The notes below the pieces were generated by a model. The model had not been told where the DNA came from. It ran no database searches and saw only the letters and a list, made by a program, of their open reading frames with translations. Both the position numbers and the translations under genes were made by a program. From a candidate division FCPU426 bacterium (lineage in GTDB: Bacteria; Oederibacteriota; Muellerivitia; Muellerivitales; Muellerivitaceae): a stretch of 64,000 nucleotides of DNA. The stretch lies in contig CAVTWJ010000001.1 in NCBI GenBank assembly GCA_963738405.1, positions 128,001-192,000 on the forward strand. Reading direction: 5' to 3'. Below are positions 54,161 through 62,961 of this stretch, piece after piece. How positions within the stretch are numbered: the first letter of the stretch is position 1; each line of letters begins with the position of its first letter.

Positions 54161-55802
54161 TGGAGTTTATTTGACTGTTTTCCCTCCCTCGGGAAAAGGC
54201 ATAAAAGTCACGCTAGAAGATGTGAAAAAGGAGCTTTTTAAATATAAAGCTAATCCTGATAATCCGGTCATTTTGACACAGATCGTTGCACAGTCTACCG
54301 GGACTCCCCAAAAAATAATAAGTAAAAAGGCACCTTCCACACCGGGTCAGGATCAGGTTTTTGTAGAAATAAGTGACGATGAAATGTCGGCCAAATTGAC
54401 AATCGTCCCACCACAATCAGATACGGGACATTTCTCAACCATTGACGATGTTCGAGAATCTCTCAAGAGAAGAACTGTAGTTTATGGTATCGACGAAAAT
54501 CGAATGGCTGAAATTTCGGAAAAATTATCCCAAATGGCTTTGTCTAAAAACATATCCGAACCGATTGAAATGGAAGTGGCCTTTGGAACGGCTGTAACAA
54601 ATGGAGAAGACGCACGGGTTGAATATCTATATAAAGCGAAGACGGAAGAGACGGATCAACCCATTGCGGTTCCGGAAGAGACTGAAGATGGAAGAGTGGA
54701 TTATCGGGCGGTCCATAAGATCGACAACATTCTTAAGGGTACTTTACTAGCTAGAAAAATCCCTCCTTCAAAAGGTGTTCCTGGGATGACCGTTACTGGC
54801 AAAGCTATCGAGGCCAAAGACGGTCAAGATATCGAAGTGTTGGCGGGAAAGGGAGTGGTGGTTTCTCCCAATAATAAAGATGAGTGGATTGCAGATAGTG
54901 ACGGTCAGGTTATTATAAAAGACAACAAGATATCGATCATGGCATTATATGAAATTCCTGGAGATGTGAATTTATCAACCGGAAATCTTGATTTTATTGG
55001 AACAATCATTGTTCGTGGGGATGTTAAGGATGGGTTTAAGGTTTTTGCAGGTGAAGACCTGATAGTGAACGGCGTGGTTGAAGGAGCCGAATTGAAATGC
55101 GGGGGAAAGTTGACCATCGCTGGTGGAGTAAGTGGAAACGATAAAGCGAAAATTGTTTGCCAAAGTGATGGGAATATAAAATATATCCGCAACGCAATTG
55201 TGGAAATTGGCGGAAATTTGTCCACGTCACAAGCGATCATGCACAGTAAGGTTACCGTTGGTGGGAAGGTGACTGTGGCGGGCAAAAAGGGTGTAATTGT
55301 CGGGGGGCAAGTTATTGCGGGCCTTGAGGTAAACGCCGCATCCATGGGATCGAATTTTGCGACTCCGACCGAGATCATAGTTGGTGAAGCTATCGGACTC
55401 CGGGACGAGATCCAAAAGACAGATACCGAACTAAAGGCTTCCGTTGAAAATCTTGATAAAACTAAAAAGGGGATTCAGTTTCTTAAGGAACTCCAAATAA
55501 AAATGGGGGGTAATCTCCCGCCTGATAAAAAAGAATTGTTGACCAAGCTCACTCGAGCTCAATTTAAACTTATGGCTGATACAAAGACTCTCGTTGAGAA
55601 AAAACAAGAACTTGAGAAAATCGACCAGGAAGGCGCTGTTGAAAGACATCGGATGGCAAAGGTGACTTGTATGGGAATCATTCATACTGGTGTTAAGATA
55701 ACAATTAATAAGGCTTCCAGGCAGGTTTCTGAAGAATTGAAGTACTGCACGCTAACCGAGTCGGATGGCGAAGTGAAGGTAGGCCCTTTCAGGGGTAATT
55801 AA
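54108..55802 (+). CDS. fapA: DUF342/FapA family flagellar assembly protein
   Basis: GRVDYR, G.TVTG, GDVNLSTGNLDFIG, beta-helix GG repeats; ATG 54108 after AGGAGGG. Confidence 0.88.
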   Translation: MVGSKDQNGYTTITTENDGVYLTVFPPSGKGIKVTLEDVKKELFKYKANPDNPVILTQIVAQSTGTPQKIISKKAPSTPGQDQVFVEISDDEMSAKLTIVPPQSDTGHFSTIDDVRESLKRRTVVYGIDENRMAEISEKLSQMALSKNISEPIEMEVAFGTAVTNGEDARVEYLYKAKTEETDQPIAVPEETEDGRVDYRAVHKIDNILKGTLLARKIPPSKGVPGMTVTGKAIEAKDGQDIEVLAGKGVVVSPNNKDEWIADSDGQVIIKDNKISIMALYEIPGDVNLSTGNLDFIGTIIVRGDVKDGFKVFAGEDLIVNGVVEGAELKCGGKLTIAGGVSGNDKAKIVCQSDGNIKYIRNAIVEIGGNLSTSQAIMHSKVTVGGKVTVAGKKGVIVGGQVIAGLEVNAASMGSNFATPTEIIVGEAIGLRDEIQKTDTELKASVENLDKTKKGIQFLKELQIKMGGNLPPDKKELLTKLTRAQFKLMADTKTLVEKKQELEKIDQEGAVERHRMAKVTCMGIIHTGVKITINKASRQVSEELKYCTLTESDGEVKVGPFRGN

Positions 55803-55834
55803 TAGTCAATTTGAGAATTACTTAATGGTGAACT

Positions 55835-56455
55835 GTGAACGTTTTAAATGTACTTCAAATTCTTTTTGATGCGGTTTTCCTTTTTGGAATTTTATTTTTA
55901 TTTAACTTTTCAATCAGTCAAACTCGAAAAAGGAATGACGATTTGGATTTGTTAAAAACGGCTCACAATCAAGAAACTAAAGAGCAATTACAAGAATTAC
56001 TCCTTACCTTAAAACAGCTTGGAAATGAAGTGTCTGAAAACGTTCAGAAGGAAGTCCGCATAGCAGAAGAAAAAACTGATGAGATGCAGCGATTGATGCG
56101 GAAAGTACAACGTGAAATAGAAAGAACATCCCAATCGAGCCATATCCTTAAGGCTGAGAAAAACAGATTAGGCGAAAGAACTTATGCCGAAGTCCCGAAA
56201 TTAAACAAAAGCTCAACGTTTAAAAATAAAAGTCTGAAAAATAAAAAAGAAAACCTCGGCTCTCCGGGAGGGGAGCCCTCGAAAATTAATAAAACCAGTA
56301 TGCTTGGCCTTTCATCCAAAATAGTTCAGGAAGTTTATCGTTTAGCGGATGCAGAGAATGATTCGAAAATGATATGTGAGAAAACTCAGTTGAGTCTTGC
56401 TGAGATTCAACTGATTTTGAATTTAAGAGGGAATCGATTCACTACGCCGAATTAA
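55835..56455 (+). CDS. Membrane-anchored coiled-coil protein with C-terminal HTH-like domain (DUF2802/DUF6115-like)
   Basis: N-terminal TM, coiled coil, VYRLAD...I...QLS.AEIQLILNL. Confidence 0.65.
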   Translation: MNVLNVLQILFDAVFLFGILFLFNFSISQTRKRNDDLDLLKTAHNQETKEQLQELLLTLKQLGNEVSENVQKEVRIAEEKTDEMQRLMRKVQREIERTSQSSHILKAEKNRLGERTYAEVPKLNKSSTFKNKSLKNKKENLGSPGGEPSKINKTSMLGLSSKIVQEVYRLADAENDSKMICEKTQLSLAEIQLILNLRGNRFTTPN

Positions 56456-56480
56456 ACGGTTGATTTCTGGGATTTGAAAA

Positions 56481-57125
56481 ATGGATAAAATTATTCCCTC
56501 AAATCCTAAATTAGTGCCTCCTGTTTCGGGTTTAATGAACAATAGGTCTAAAGGGTTTGACGAGGGAGAAACGGCCTTAATTGAGAAAGTGTTATCAAAA
56601 GGAGTTTATTTGGCAACGTTTCAAGGCGGAAACAGTGTCAAGGTGAAGGGGCCTGTAGGGTTAGACGTTGGGGTTCCTGTAAGGGTTTTTTGTTCGAATA
56701 AAGTGAATTCAGACTATGTGATTGGAAATGCTTTAGAAAATGCCTGGTTGTTAGAAAACGAAGCCGTATTAGCTCTAACAGCAGTTTTGCCTTTGGGGTT
56801 TGGAGGCAAAGGGGCGAAAGCAAAATTAGAAGTTTATACCCCTAAAGAAAAAAGGGGGATAAACAAAAATAAACTAATTTACTTTATTATTACACTCTCC
56901 ACGGAAGGTTTTGGGGATTTACAATGGATCATACATTTATGGAGAAGAATTGCGGAGGTCCAACTTTACGGAGGGGTGGTTAAAAAAGAAGGTGAAATCC
57001 AGAAAATTATTGAAGATGTTGAGAAGTGTATTTTGAGAGCAGGTTTTACTTTGTCGGGTCCTATCATCAGAATTAAAGAACCTTTTCAGATTCCGCAAGG
57101 TTTGCGGCTTGATTGGAGGGGTTAA
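56481..57125 (+). CDS. Short protein with FliK-C (T3S4)-like C-terminal region (YlqG-like position)
   Basis: LPL...KLEVY, I.LSTEGFGDL, terminal LDWRG resemble FliK-like C-termini; directly upstream of a FlhB-C homologue. Confidence 0.5.
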   Translation: MDKIIPSNPKLVPPVSGLMNNRSKGFDEGETALIEKVLSKGVYLATFQGGNSVKVKGPVGLDVGVPVRVFCSNKVNSDYVIGNALENAWLLENEAVLALTAVLPLGFGGKGAKAKLEVYTPKEKRGINKNKLIYFIITLSTEGFGDLQWIIHLWRRIAEVQLYGGVVKKEGEIQKIIEDVEKCILRAGFTLSGPIIRIKEPFQIPQGLRLDWRG

Positions 57126-57127
57126 TT

Positions 57128-57427
57128 TTGAGCCCGGCATCTAGGAAACGAAATACTCGCAAAGCCGCTGTGGCTCTGAAATATGACCGCGAATCAATGC
57201 CCGCCCCGAGGGTTGTGGCCAAAGGAAGAGGGCTCGTTGCTGACCGCTTAATCGATTTGGCAAGGAAAAATGGTATTCCGATTGTTGAAGACAAATTGTT
57301 AGTTGATGTGTTGGATTCTTTAAACGTAAATCAGGATATTCCTGGGGAACTTTATCAGGTTATTGCTGAGATTTTGGTGGCTGTTTACCGCGCTGAATCC
57401 GCCAAAAAAGACAAGCCGAAAGTATGA
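57128..57427 (+). CDS. Stand-alone FlhB C-terminal domain homologue (FlhX/YlqH, EscU/YscU family)
   Basis: AVALKYD...APRVVAKGRG..A..I...A..NGIP, IP.ELYQVIAEIL. Confidence 0.9.
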   Translation: MSPASRKRNTRKAAVALKYDRESMPAPRVVAKGRGLVADRLIDLARKNGIPIVEDKLLVDVLDSLNVNQDIPGELYQVIAEILVAVYRAESAKKDKPKV

Positions 57428-57535
57428 ATATAATGCTTTTAAGAGAATGTTGCTTTCGGGTAAATTATTTTGGTTTGAGTTTTATTCGCGCCTGTTAAAT
57501 TAGTGGTGGCGGGAAGGGCAAAGAAAGTGGAGCCA

Positions 57536-59662
57536 ATGACAAAGGAAAATACCAAGTGGCGTAGCAAGTTTCTTACGTCTTATTTACTTAGGGTTGGTTT
57601 CGCTTTCGCGCTTTACATTTTATTTATCAGCGTGGTTTCTGCGCAAAACAACGAATTGATTTTTGCCCGCCCTGATAGTTTAGGGGTTGGCCCTCGAGCC
57701 ATGGGGATGGGAGGCGCTTTTGCGGCTATCGCTGATGATGCCTCCGCTGCTTATTGGAATGTTGCGGGATTATCCCAGCTATCTTCATATGAGCTCTCTC
57801 TCTCGAGCGCTCCGGTTTATTTTACTGAAAATTTAAATGGGAATCTGGCTTTTGGGTTTCCTTATTACGCTTCAATACAGTTCATTTTGCCCATTGCAAA
57901 AGAAAATACTCTAGGCATTTCTCTTTTTCGTCCCTTTCATCCTCAAATAGATTTTTTTGCGGGAAATACGACTTTAAGCTCTATTCAAAGGGGCGAGGCG
58001 AGTTATCTTTTAAATCCGAGTTTTCAGGAAAGTGAAATAGTTTTGTCTTATGCGGCCCGATTTTCTGCGATTCAGAACTTTTCTGTTGGAATCAATGTTA
58101 AGCGCGTGACTAACGACCAGTATTACATCCGTTATTTTGGAGGGGACGCTCCAACATCAATTGCTTTGGCCGATCCGACGCAGGTAGTTGGTTATGGTGT
58201 TGATATTGGGTTGCTTTTTAGAATCCCTGTATCAAAATACACGGAAGAATTCCGTTTGGGGGTTGCGTTAAATAACCTTGTGGGTCGGGTTCAATACACG
58301 AACGGCCTACAGTTTTCTGATGGAGCGGCACATGTTTCGTTTAGCGTTGGCCCCGGGTATGAAACTTCTCTTCCTCCGGAAATCATTCTTGGCGTAGCCT
58401 ATAAAAATAATTATCTCTTCAAAATCCGTAATATAACTGATTTGGATTTTGATCAGATTTCCGATCCTCGGTTCGATGATTCTTCGCTTGCTTTGGCAAA
58501 CAAATTCTTGCGTTTTGGGACGGAATTTTGGTTTTTCAAAGATGTTTTGGGCTTGCGGGCCGGTTATTCTACTCCTTTTATTAGTCCAGGTACGATCTCA
58601 TTGGGCCTGAGCGTTCGCGTTCTTAATGGGGATTTTCAATCTGATTTAGCTTATTTAATGCCAGTTGGCCCCGAGGCCGATATTCAAGCCGGGTCATCAC
58701 TCCAAACGATCGATCAAGGTGGAATAAATTATGAGCCGTTCCATATAGCCTTAGCATATAGGTTTGGGGGAGGTGAAGAATTACCGCCGCCCAAGGTTGA
58801 CGCTTATGTTCAACCGCCTTCATTTACTCCGTCGCAAGGGGAATCAACAACTTTCTATTTAGATACCACGGAAGATGTTCCGGTCCAACGCTGGAGTGTA
58901 TTGATTTATGATCAAAATAATCATCTGGTGAGAAGGTTGCAAGGACAGGGAACCCCTCCAACGAAAATAGTCTGGGGTGGCGAAGATGATTTATATCGCC
59001 CTTTGCCTGGGGGCGTTTATTCTTGGGCTTTTCAAGTGGAAGACCAACTTGACCACATTGGGTCAACGCCCGTTATGACAGTTGAATTAATTACCCCTCC
59101 GGCGCCTTTGGCGAAGGATGCATCAAAACTAATGGCCATTCGACAGCAAGAAGCGGCCCTTTTGACTCAGGAAAGGGCAAATCTCACTTCTTTGGCGCAG
59201 CAAACATTAAAGGCGCTTTTGGGCGAGAGTAATTCAAACACTTCATTGGCGGCATCCATGCCCACGCCGGTAGATAGTGCGGGTAATACCCAGTACCCGG
59301 AAACAGGGGGCGTCCCATCAATCGGATTCCCAACTCTCACTCCTGATCAGCCCTTAAACGCACATTTTGACAAGAATCCAAATGGAGATGAGATTATTGC
59401 AGTAAGTTATAAATCGCAACAAAGTTATGTCCCCTATTTATACCAAGAAGCGGCGGACGTTATTAAAACAACCGTCAATTCAGTAGGAACGGGTTTAAAA
59501 GAGATTTCGACTCGTGTATATTATGGAAAAAATGAATTGGATCTGGTGACGGCTACCCAAGCTGCCGCCAATTATGCTTCTGGTAAGATTAGTCAATTGC
59601 AACTTATGCAATTGTCAGACATCCATATCAATGGTGTGAAGGTGGGGCCGAATGGTTATTAG
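57536..59662 (+). CDS. PorV/PorQ (UPF0164)-like outer-membrane beta-barrel with FlgD-like Ig domain and unknown C-terminal domain
   Basis: Signal peptide; GVGPRAMGMGGAFAAIADDASAAYWNVAGL; G.DIGLL, LRAGY strands; WSVLIYD...VRRL.G.G.PP..IVW.G.D Ig motif; ATG 57536 after GGAG (ORF open from 57503). Confidence 0.75.
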   Translation: MTKENTKWRSKFLTSYLLRVGFAFALYILFISVVSAQNNELIFARPDSLGVGPRAMGMGGAFAAIADDASAAYWNVAGLSQLSSYELSLSSAPVYFTENLNGNLAFGFPYYASIQFILPIAKENTLGISLFRPFHPQIDFFAGNTTLSSIQRGEASYLLNPSFQESEIVLSYAARFSAIQNFSVGINVKRVTNDQYYIRYFGGDAPTSIALADPTQVVGYGVDIGLLFRIPVSKYTEEFRLGVALNNLVGRVQYTNGLQFSDGAAHVSFSVGPGYETSLPPEIILGVAYKNNYLFKIRNITDLDFDQISDPRFDDSSLALANKFLRFGTEFWFFKDVLGLRAGYSTPFISPGTISLGLSVRVLNGDFQSDLAYLMPVGPEADIQAGSSLQTIDQGGINYEPFHIALAYRFGGGEELPPPKVDAYVQPPSFTPSQGESTTFYLDTTEDVPVQRWSVLIYDQNNHLVRRLQGQGTPPTKIVWGGEDDLYRPLPGGVYSWAFQVEDQLDHIGSTPVMTVELITPPAPLAKDASKLMAIRQQEAALLTQERANLTSLAQQTLKALLGESNSNTSLAASMPTPVDSAGNTQYPETGGVPSIGFPTLTPDQPLNAHFDKNPNGDEIIAVSYKSQQSYVPYLYQEAADVIKTTVNSVGTGLKEISTRVYYGKNELDLVTATQAAANYASGKISQLQLMQLSDIHINGVKVGPNGY

Positions 59663-61220
59663 GTTTGCAACCTTATCGATTCTTATTGGGATATCCATTT
59701 TAGGGCGACCTGTCCAAGCGGCGTTTGATAAGGGGGGGGTGACAGGAGATGGGGCTCGACCGCTAGGTATGGGTGGTGCTTTTGCTAGTGTTGCGGATTC
59801 TTCCGATGCGGTTTTTTACAACCCTGCTGGTTTAGTCCAAGTATTGCGGCCAGAGATTACCGGAATGGGAGCTGTTCTTTTGAACGGTAAGGAAGATCTT
59901 TTTGATCTGACTTATGTTCAACCTTTTGCGGATCAAATGGCTTGGGCCTTATCCACTCAACAGCTTTTGTTTTCGGATGGCACAGAAAATGATCGAATTT
60001 ATATTGGATCTTTTGCGGCTCCTCTTGCAGTAGATAAATCGATTTCATTTGGTATCAGCGCCAAACTTTATGGGGTGGATTCGCCCACGCAACCGGGGTT
60101 TCAAGCCAGTGGATTTGGTTTGGATATGGGTTTTCTATATCATCTTCCCATTTATGACCCCCGATACGGAAAACAAATTAACATAGGGCTTTGCGCTCAA
60201 GATTTGGACACCTCCATCCAATGGCAAGCTGGAAACACTGATCCGGTGGCCTTGGCTGTTAAGGGGGGAGTCAGCTATGAATTTACAGATGATTTGGTTA
60301 CGGCCTGGGAATTCGAAACTATCAATGATCCCAATGTTGGCCAGCATACCCTTCTTCATGCCGGAATCGAAGGTTGGTTTTTTTCTGATCAATTAGGTTT
60401 GCGGACCGGTTATTCCGATTTCATGACATTGCCGGGCCAATTTACGGCTGGCATCAGTTACCGTTCTCATACATGGGGAATCGATTATGCTTACATTGGT
60501 CATGCGCAATATTTAGGTTCTTCCCACCGTATTTCAGCTAGTTGGCGATTTGGGGATTCGTTTTTGGGAAAGGTGAAAAGTTTTATACCCGAGGGAGTTA
60601 CTTCTTATGTCGATGGTGACATTATCACCCTTCGTTGGATCAATTCACCTTCCATTTCTCTAGCGGGTTACAATGTTTATTTTTCCAAAACCACCGGTAG
60701 TGGGTATATAAAGATAAATCAAAAGCCAATAAAAGCAAATTACTATTCCTTGCGAGGATTGGAAAAAAATACCCATTACTACTTTGTTGTAACTTCTATG
60801 ACAAATACCGTTCCCCCTGTTGAAAGCCAATACTCCCGAGAGGTTATTGCCGGAACAACATCTGCTCCTGGAGCTCCCATAGTGGTTCAAAGCGAGTTGC
60901 AAAATGAAGGGGTTATTGATATTGCACGACAAGCCGGAATGGCAGGGTTCCCAGATCCTAGTAAAAATGGTTTAAAAGGTTATAATATCTACGTTTCAGA
61001 GGTGTCTGGTGGACGTTTTGATAAGGTGAATGCCCAGCCGATAGCGAATGTGCCTACATATCTTGTCCGGAAATTGAAAGTTGGACAACGATATTTCTTT
61101 TCTTTCACATCTGTTGGGTCAGATGGAACAGAAAGTGCTAGATCTCGAGAGGTTTCTGTTGTTGCGTTGCCTTATAGTACCGTTATTCAACCAACTTCAA
61201 CGACCTCGACGTCTCATTAA
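59652..61220 (+). CDS. PorV/PorQ (UPF0164)-like outer-membrane beta-barrel with two fibronectin type III domains
   Basis: Signal peptide; GARPLGMGGAFASVADSSDAVFYNPAGL; IDYAY...LG.SHRIS..WRF barrel end; two GYN(V/I)Y...Y.F..TS...ES Fn3 motifs; 11-nt overlap with upstream gene. Confidence 0.78.
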   Translation: MVIRFATLSILIGISILGRPVQAAFDKGGVTGDGARPLGMGGAFASVADSSDAVFYNPAGLVQVLRPEITGMGAVLLNGKEDLFDLTYVQPFADQMAWALSTQQLLFSDGTENDRIYIGSFAAPLAVDKSISFGISAKLYGVDSPTQPGFQASGFGLDMGFLYHLPIYDPRYGKQINIGLCAQDLDTSIQWQAGNTDPVALAVKGGVSYEFTDDLVTAWEFETINDPNVGQHTLLHAGIEGWFFSDQLGLRTGYSDFMTLPGQFTAGISYRSHTWGIDYAYIGHAQYLGSSHRISASWRFGDSFLGKVKSFIPEGVTSYVDGDIITLRWINSPSISLAGYNVYFSKTTGSGYIKINQKPIKANYYSLRGLEKNTHYYFVVTSMTNTVPPVESQYSREVIAGTTSAPGAPIVVQSELQNEGVIDIARQAGMAGFPDPSKNGLKGYNIYVSEVSGGRFDKVNAQPIANVPTYLVRKLKVGQRYFFSFTSVGSDGTESARSREVSVVALPYSTVIQPTSTTSTSH

Positions 61221-61240
61221 ACTGATATTGGAGTAATTCA

Positions 61241-62026
61241 TTGCCTAGCGGTTTATACATTGCGGCATCGGGAATGAATGCGACTTTGGCCCGTCAAGAT
61301 GTCATTTCTAATAATTTGGCCAATGCGAACACGGTCGGCTTTAAACAAAATCGATCAGTTGATATCGCATTTCCAACATATCTTATTGCCCGGCTTCATG
61401 ATCAACGTCTAAAGGTTATGGATGGAACGGCTGAATTGCGACCCTCCATTGGCGTAATGGGTGGCGGAGTGATTCCTCAAACGGTTGCGACTGACTATTC
61501 ACAAGGGGCCCATCTTGAAACTCAAAGCCCGCTGGATTTTGCGCTAAATGGTCCGGGTTTTTTTTCCGTGCTGGGGACGAATGGGAAAACATTTCTAACT
61601 CGAGATGGAAATTTTAGCTTGGATTCAAATGGTCGTCTTGTGACGAAAGATGGGTTGCCCGTGTTGGGCCACAATGGCGAAATATATATCGATGGAACCC
61701 AGGTAACAGCTGACCAAGAAGGTAATTTGACAGTCGACGGAAAAGCTTTGGATCAACTTCTGATTGTTAAAGTGAAAAACGAGAATCAACTAACTAAGGT
61801 GGGGCATTCGTTGTTTCAGGTTGAAGCCAAAAATCAAGTTGAGTTAATGCCTGAAGATGTTCAAGTTCAACAGGGCTTTTTAGAACAATCGAATGTGAAT
61901 TCAATGTCGGAAATGGTTAATATGATTGATACCTACAGATCCTATGAACTGAATTCTCGAATCATTGCTTCATATGATCATTTAATGGGAGAGGCAGCTT
62001 CGCAAATTGGGTCGCTGAAAGTTTGA
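61241..62026 (+). CDS. flgF: Flagellar basal-body rod protein FlgF
   Basis: GLYIAASGM, SNNLANANTVGFK, DFAL.G.GFF, TRDG.F, LEQSNVN...EMV.MI. Confidence 0.88.
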   Translation: MPSGLYIAASGMNATLARQDVISNNLANANTVGFKQNRSVDIAFPTYLIARLHDQRLKVMDGTAELRPSIGVMGGGVIPQTVATDYSQGAHLETQSPLDFALNGPGFFSVLGTNGKTFLTRDGNFSLDSNGRLVTKDGLPVLGHNGEIYIDGTQVTADQEGNLTVDGKALDQLLIVKVKNENQLTKVGHSLFQVEAKNQVELMPEDVQVQQGFLEQSNVNSMSEMVNMIDTYRSYELNSRIIASYDHLMGEAASQIGSLKV

Positions 62027-62148
62027 TAATGGGTTAGTAGACGTTTAATTTTTACGGCCGGACTGCTTTTGCGGAGGCCGTTTTACCGCTGAACGATTGA
62101 GGCGGTATTGTTCAAGCTGATAGAGGGCTTGAAACCAAGGAGGCTTCC

Positions 62149-62949
62149 ATGATGCAGTCGCTTTACACGGCCGCGACAGGTATGGCCGCACAGCAGTTGA
62201 ATATCGATACGATTTCGAACAACCTCGCTAACGTCAGCACAACAGGCTTTAAAAAACAACGTGTTGATTTCCAAGATCTACTTTACATCAATCTGAAACC
62301 TTCCGGGACTCCAACTTCACCTGATACCAATACTCCGGTTGGACTGCAAATCGGCGAGGGAGTTAAGCCGGTTTCTACACAGCGCATATTCACTGAGGGC
62401 GCGATACAAAATACCAATAACCCATTGGATATTCTTATCGAAGGAAACGATAGTTTCTTTCAAGTGACCTTACCAAACGGTGAAACGGCCTATACCCGGG
62501 ACGGATCGTTCACTCAAGATGCGAACGGAAATATCGTTACCGCCGATGGATATTTTTTAAATCCGCCAACACAGCTTCCTGCAGACACATCCTCTATTCA
62601 AATTACCACCAATGGCCAGATCATGGTGCAAACAGCAAGCAGTGCCGGCCAATCAGTTCAAGTTGGGCAGTTGGAACTTACTCGGTTTGTAAATCCCGCA
62701 GGTTTGATGGCCACGGGGAACAATTTATTCCTTGCAACGGCGGCTTCGGGAGATCCAATTCAGGGTACGCCTGGATCGACGGGATTTCCTAACGTTCAGC
62801 AGGGTTCTTTGGAAGAATCAAACGTTGATGTTGTCGATGAAATGGTTAACCTCATCGTGGCTCAAAGGGCTTATGAACTTAATTCAAAAGCGGTCTCGAC
62901 CTCCGATTCCATGCTCTATGATATTACAACGATGAAGCAGTTCCCCTGA
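62149..62949 (+). CDS. flgG: Flagellar distal rod protein FlgG
   Basis: SLYTAATGM.AQQ, FQDLLY, YTRDGSF, FVNPAGL, LEESNVDVVDEMVNLI.AQRAYE.NSK. Confidence 0.96.
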   Translation: MMQSLYTAATGMAAQQLNIDTISNNLANVSTTGFKKQRVDFQDLLYINLKPSGTPTSPDTNTPVGLQIGEGVKPVSTQRIFTEGAIQNTNNPLDILIEGNDSFFQVTLPNGETAYTRDGSFTQDANGNIVTADGYFLNPPTQLPADTSSIQITTNGQIMVQTASSAGQSVQVGQLELTRFVNPAGLMATGNNLFLATAASGDPIQGTPGSTGFPNVQQGSLEESNVDVVDEMVNLIVAQRAYELNSKAVSTSDSMLYDITTMKQFP

Positions 62950-62961
62950 TGATTTAGCCGC

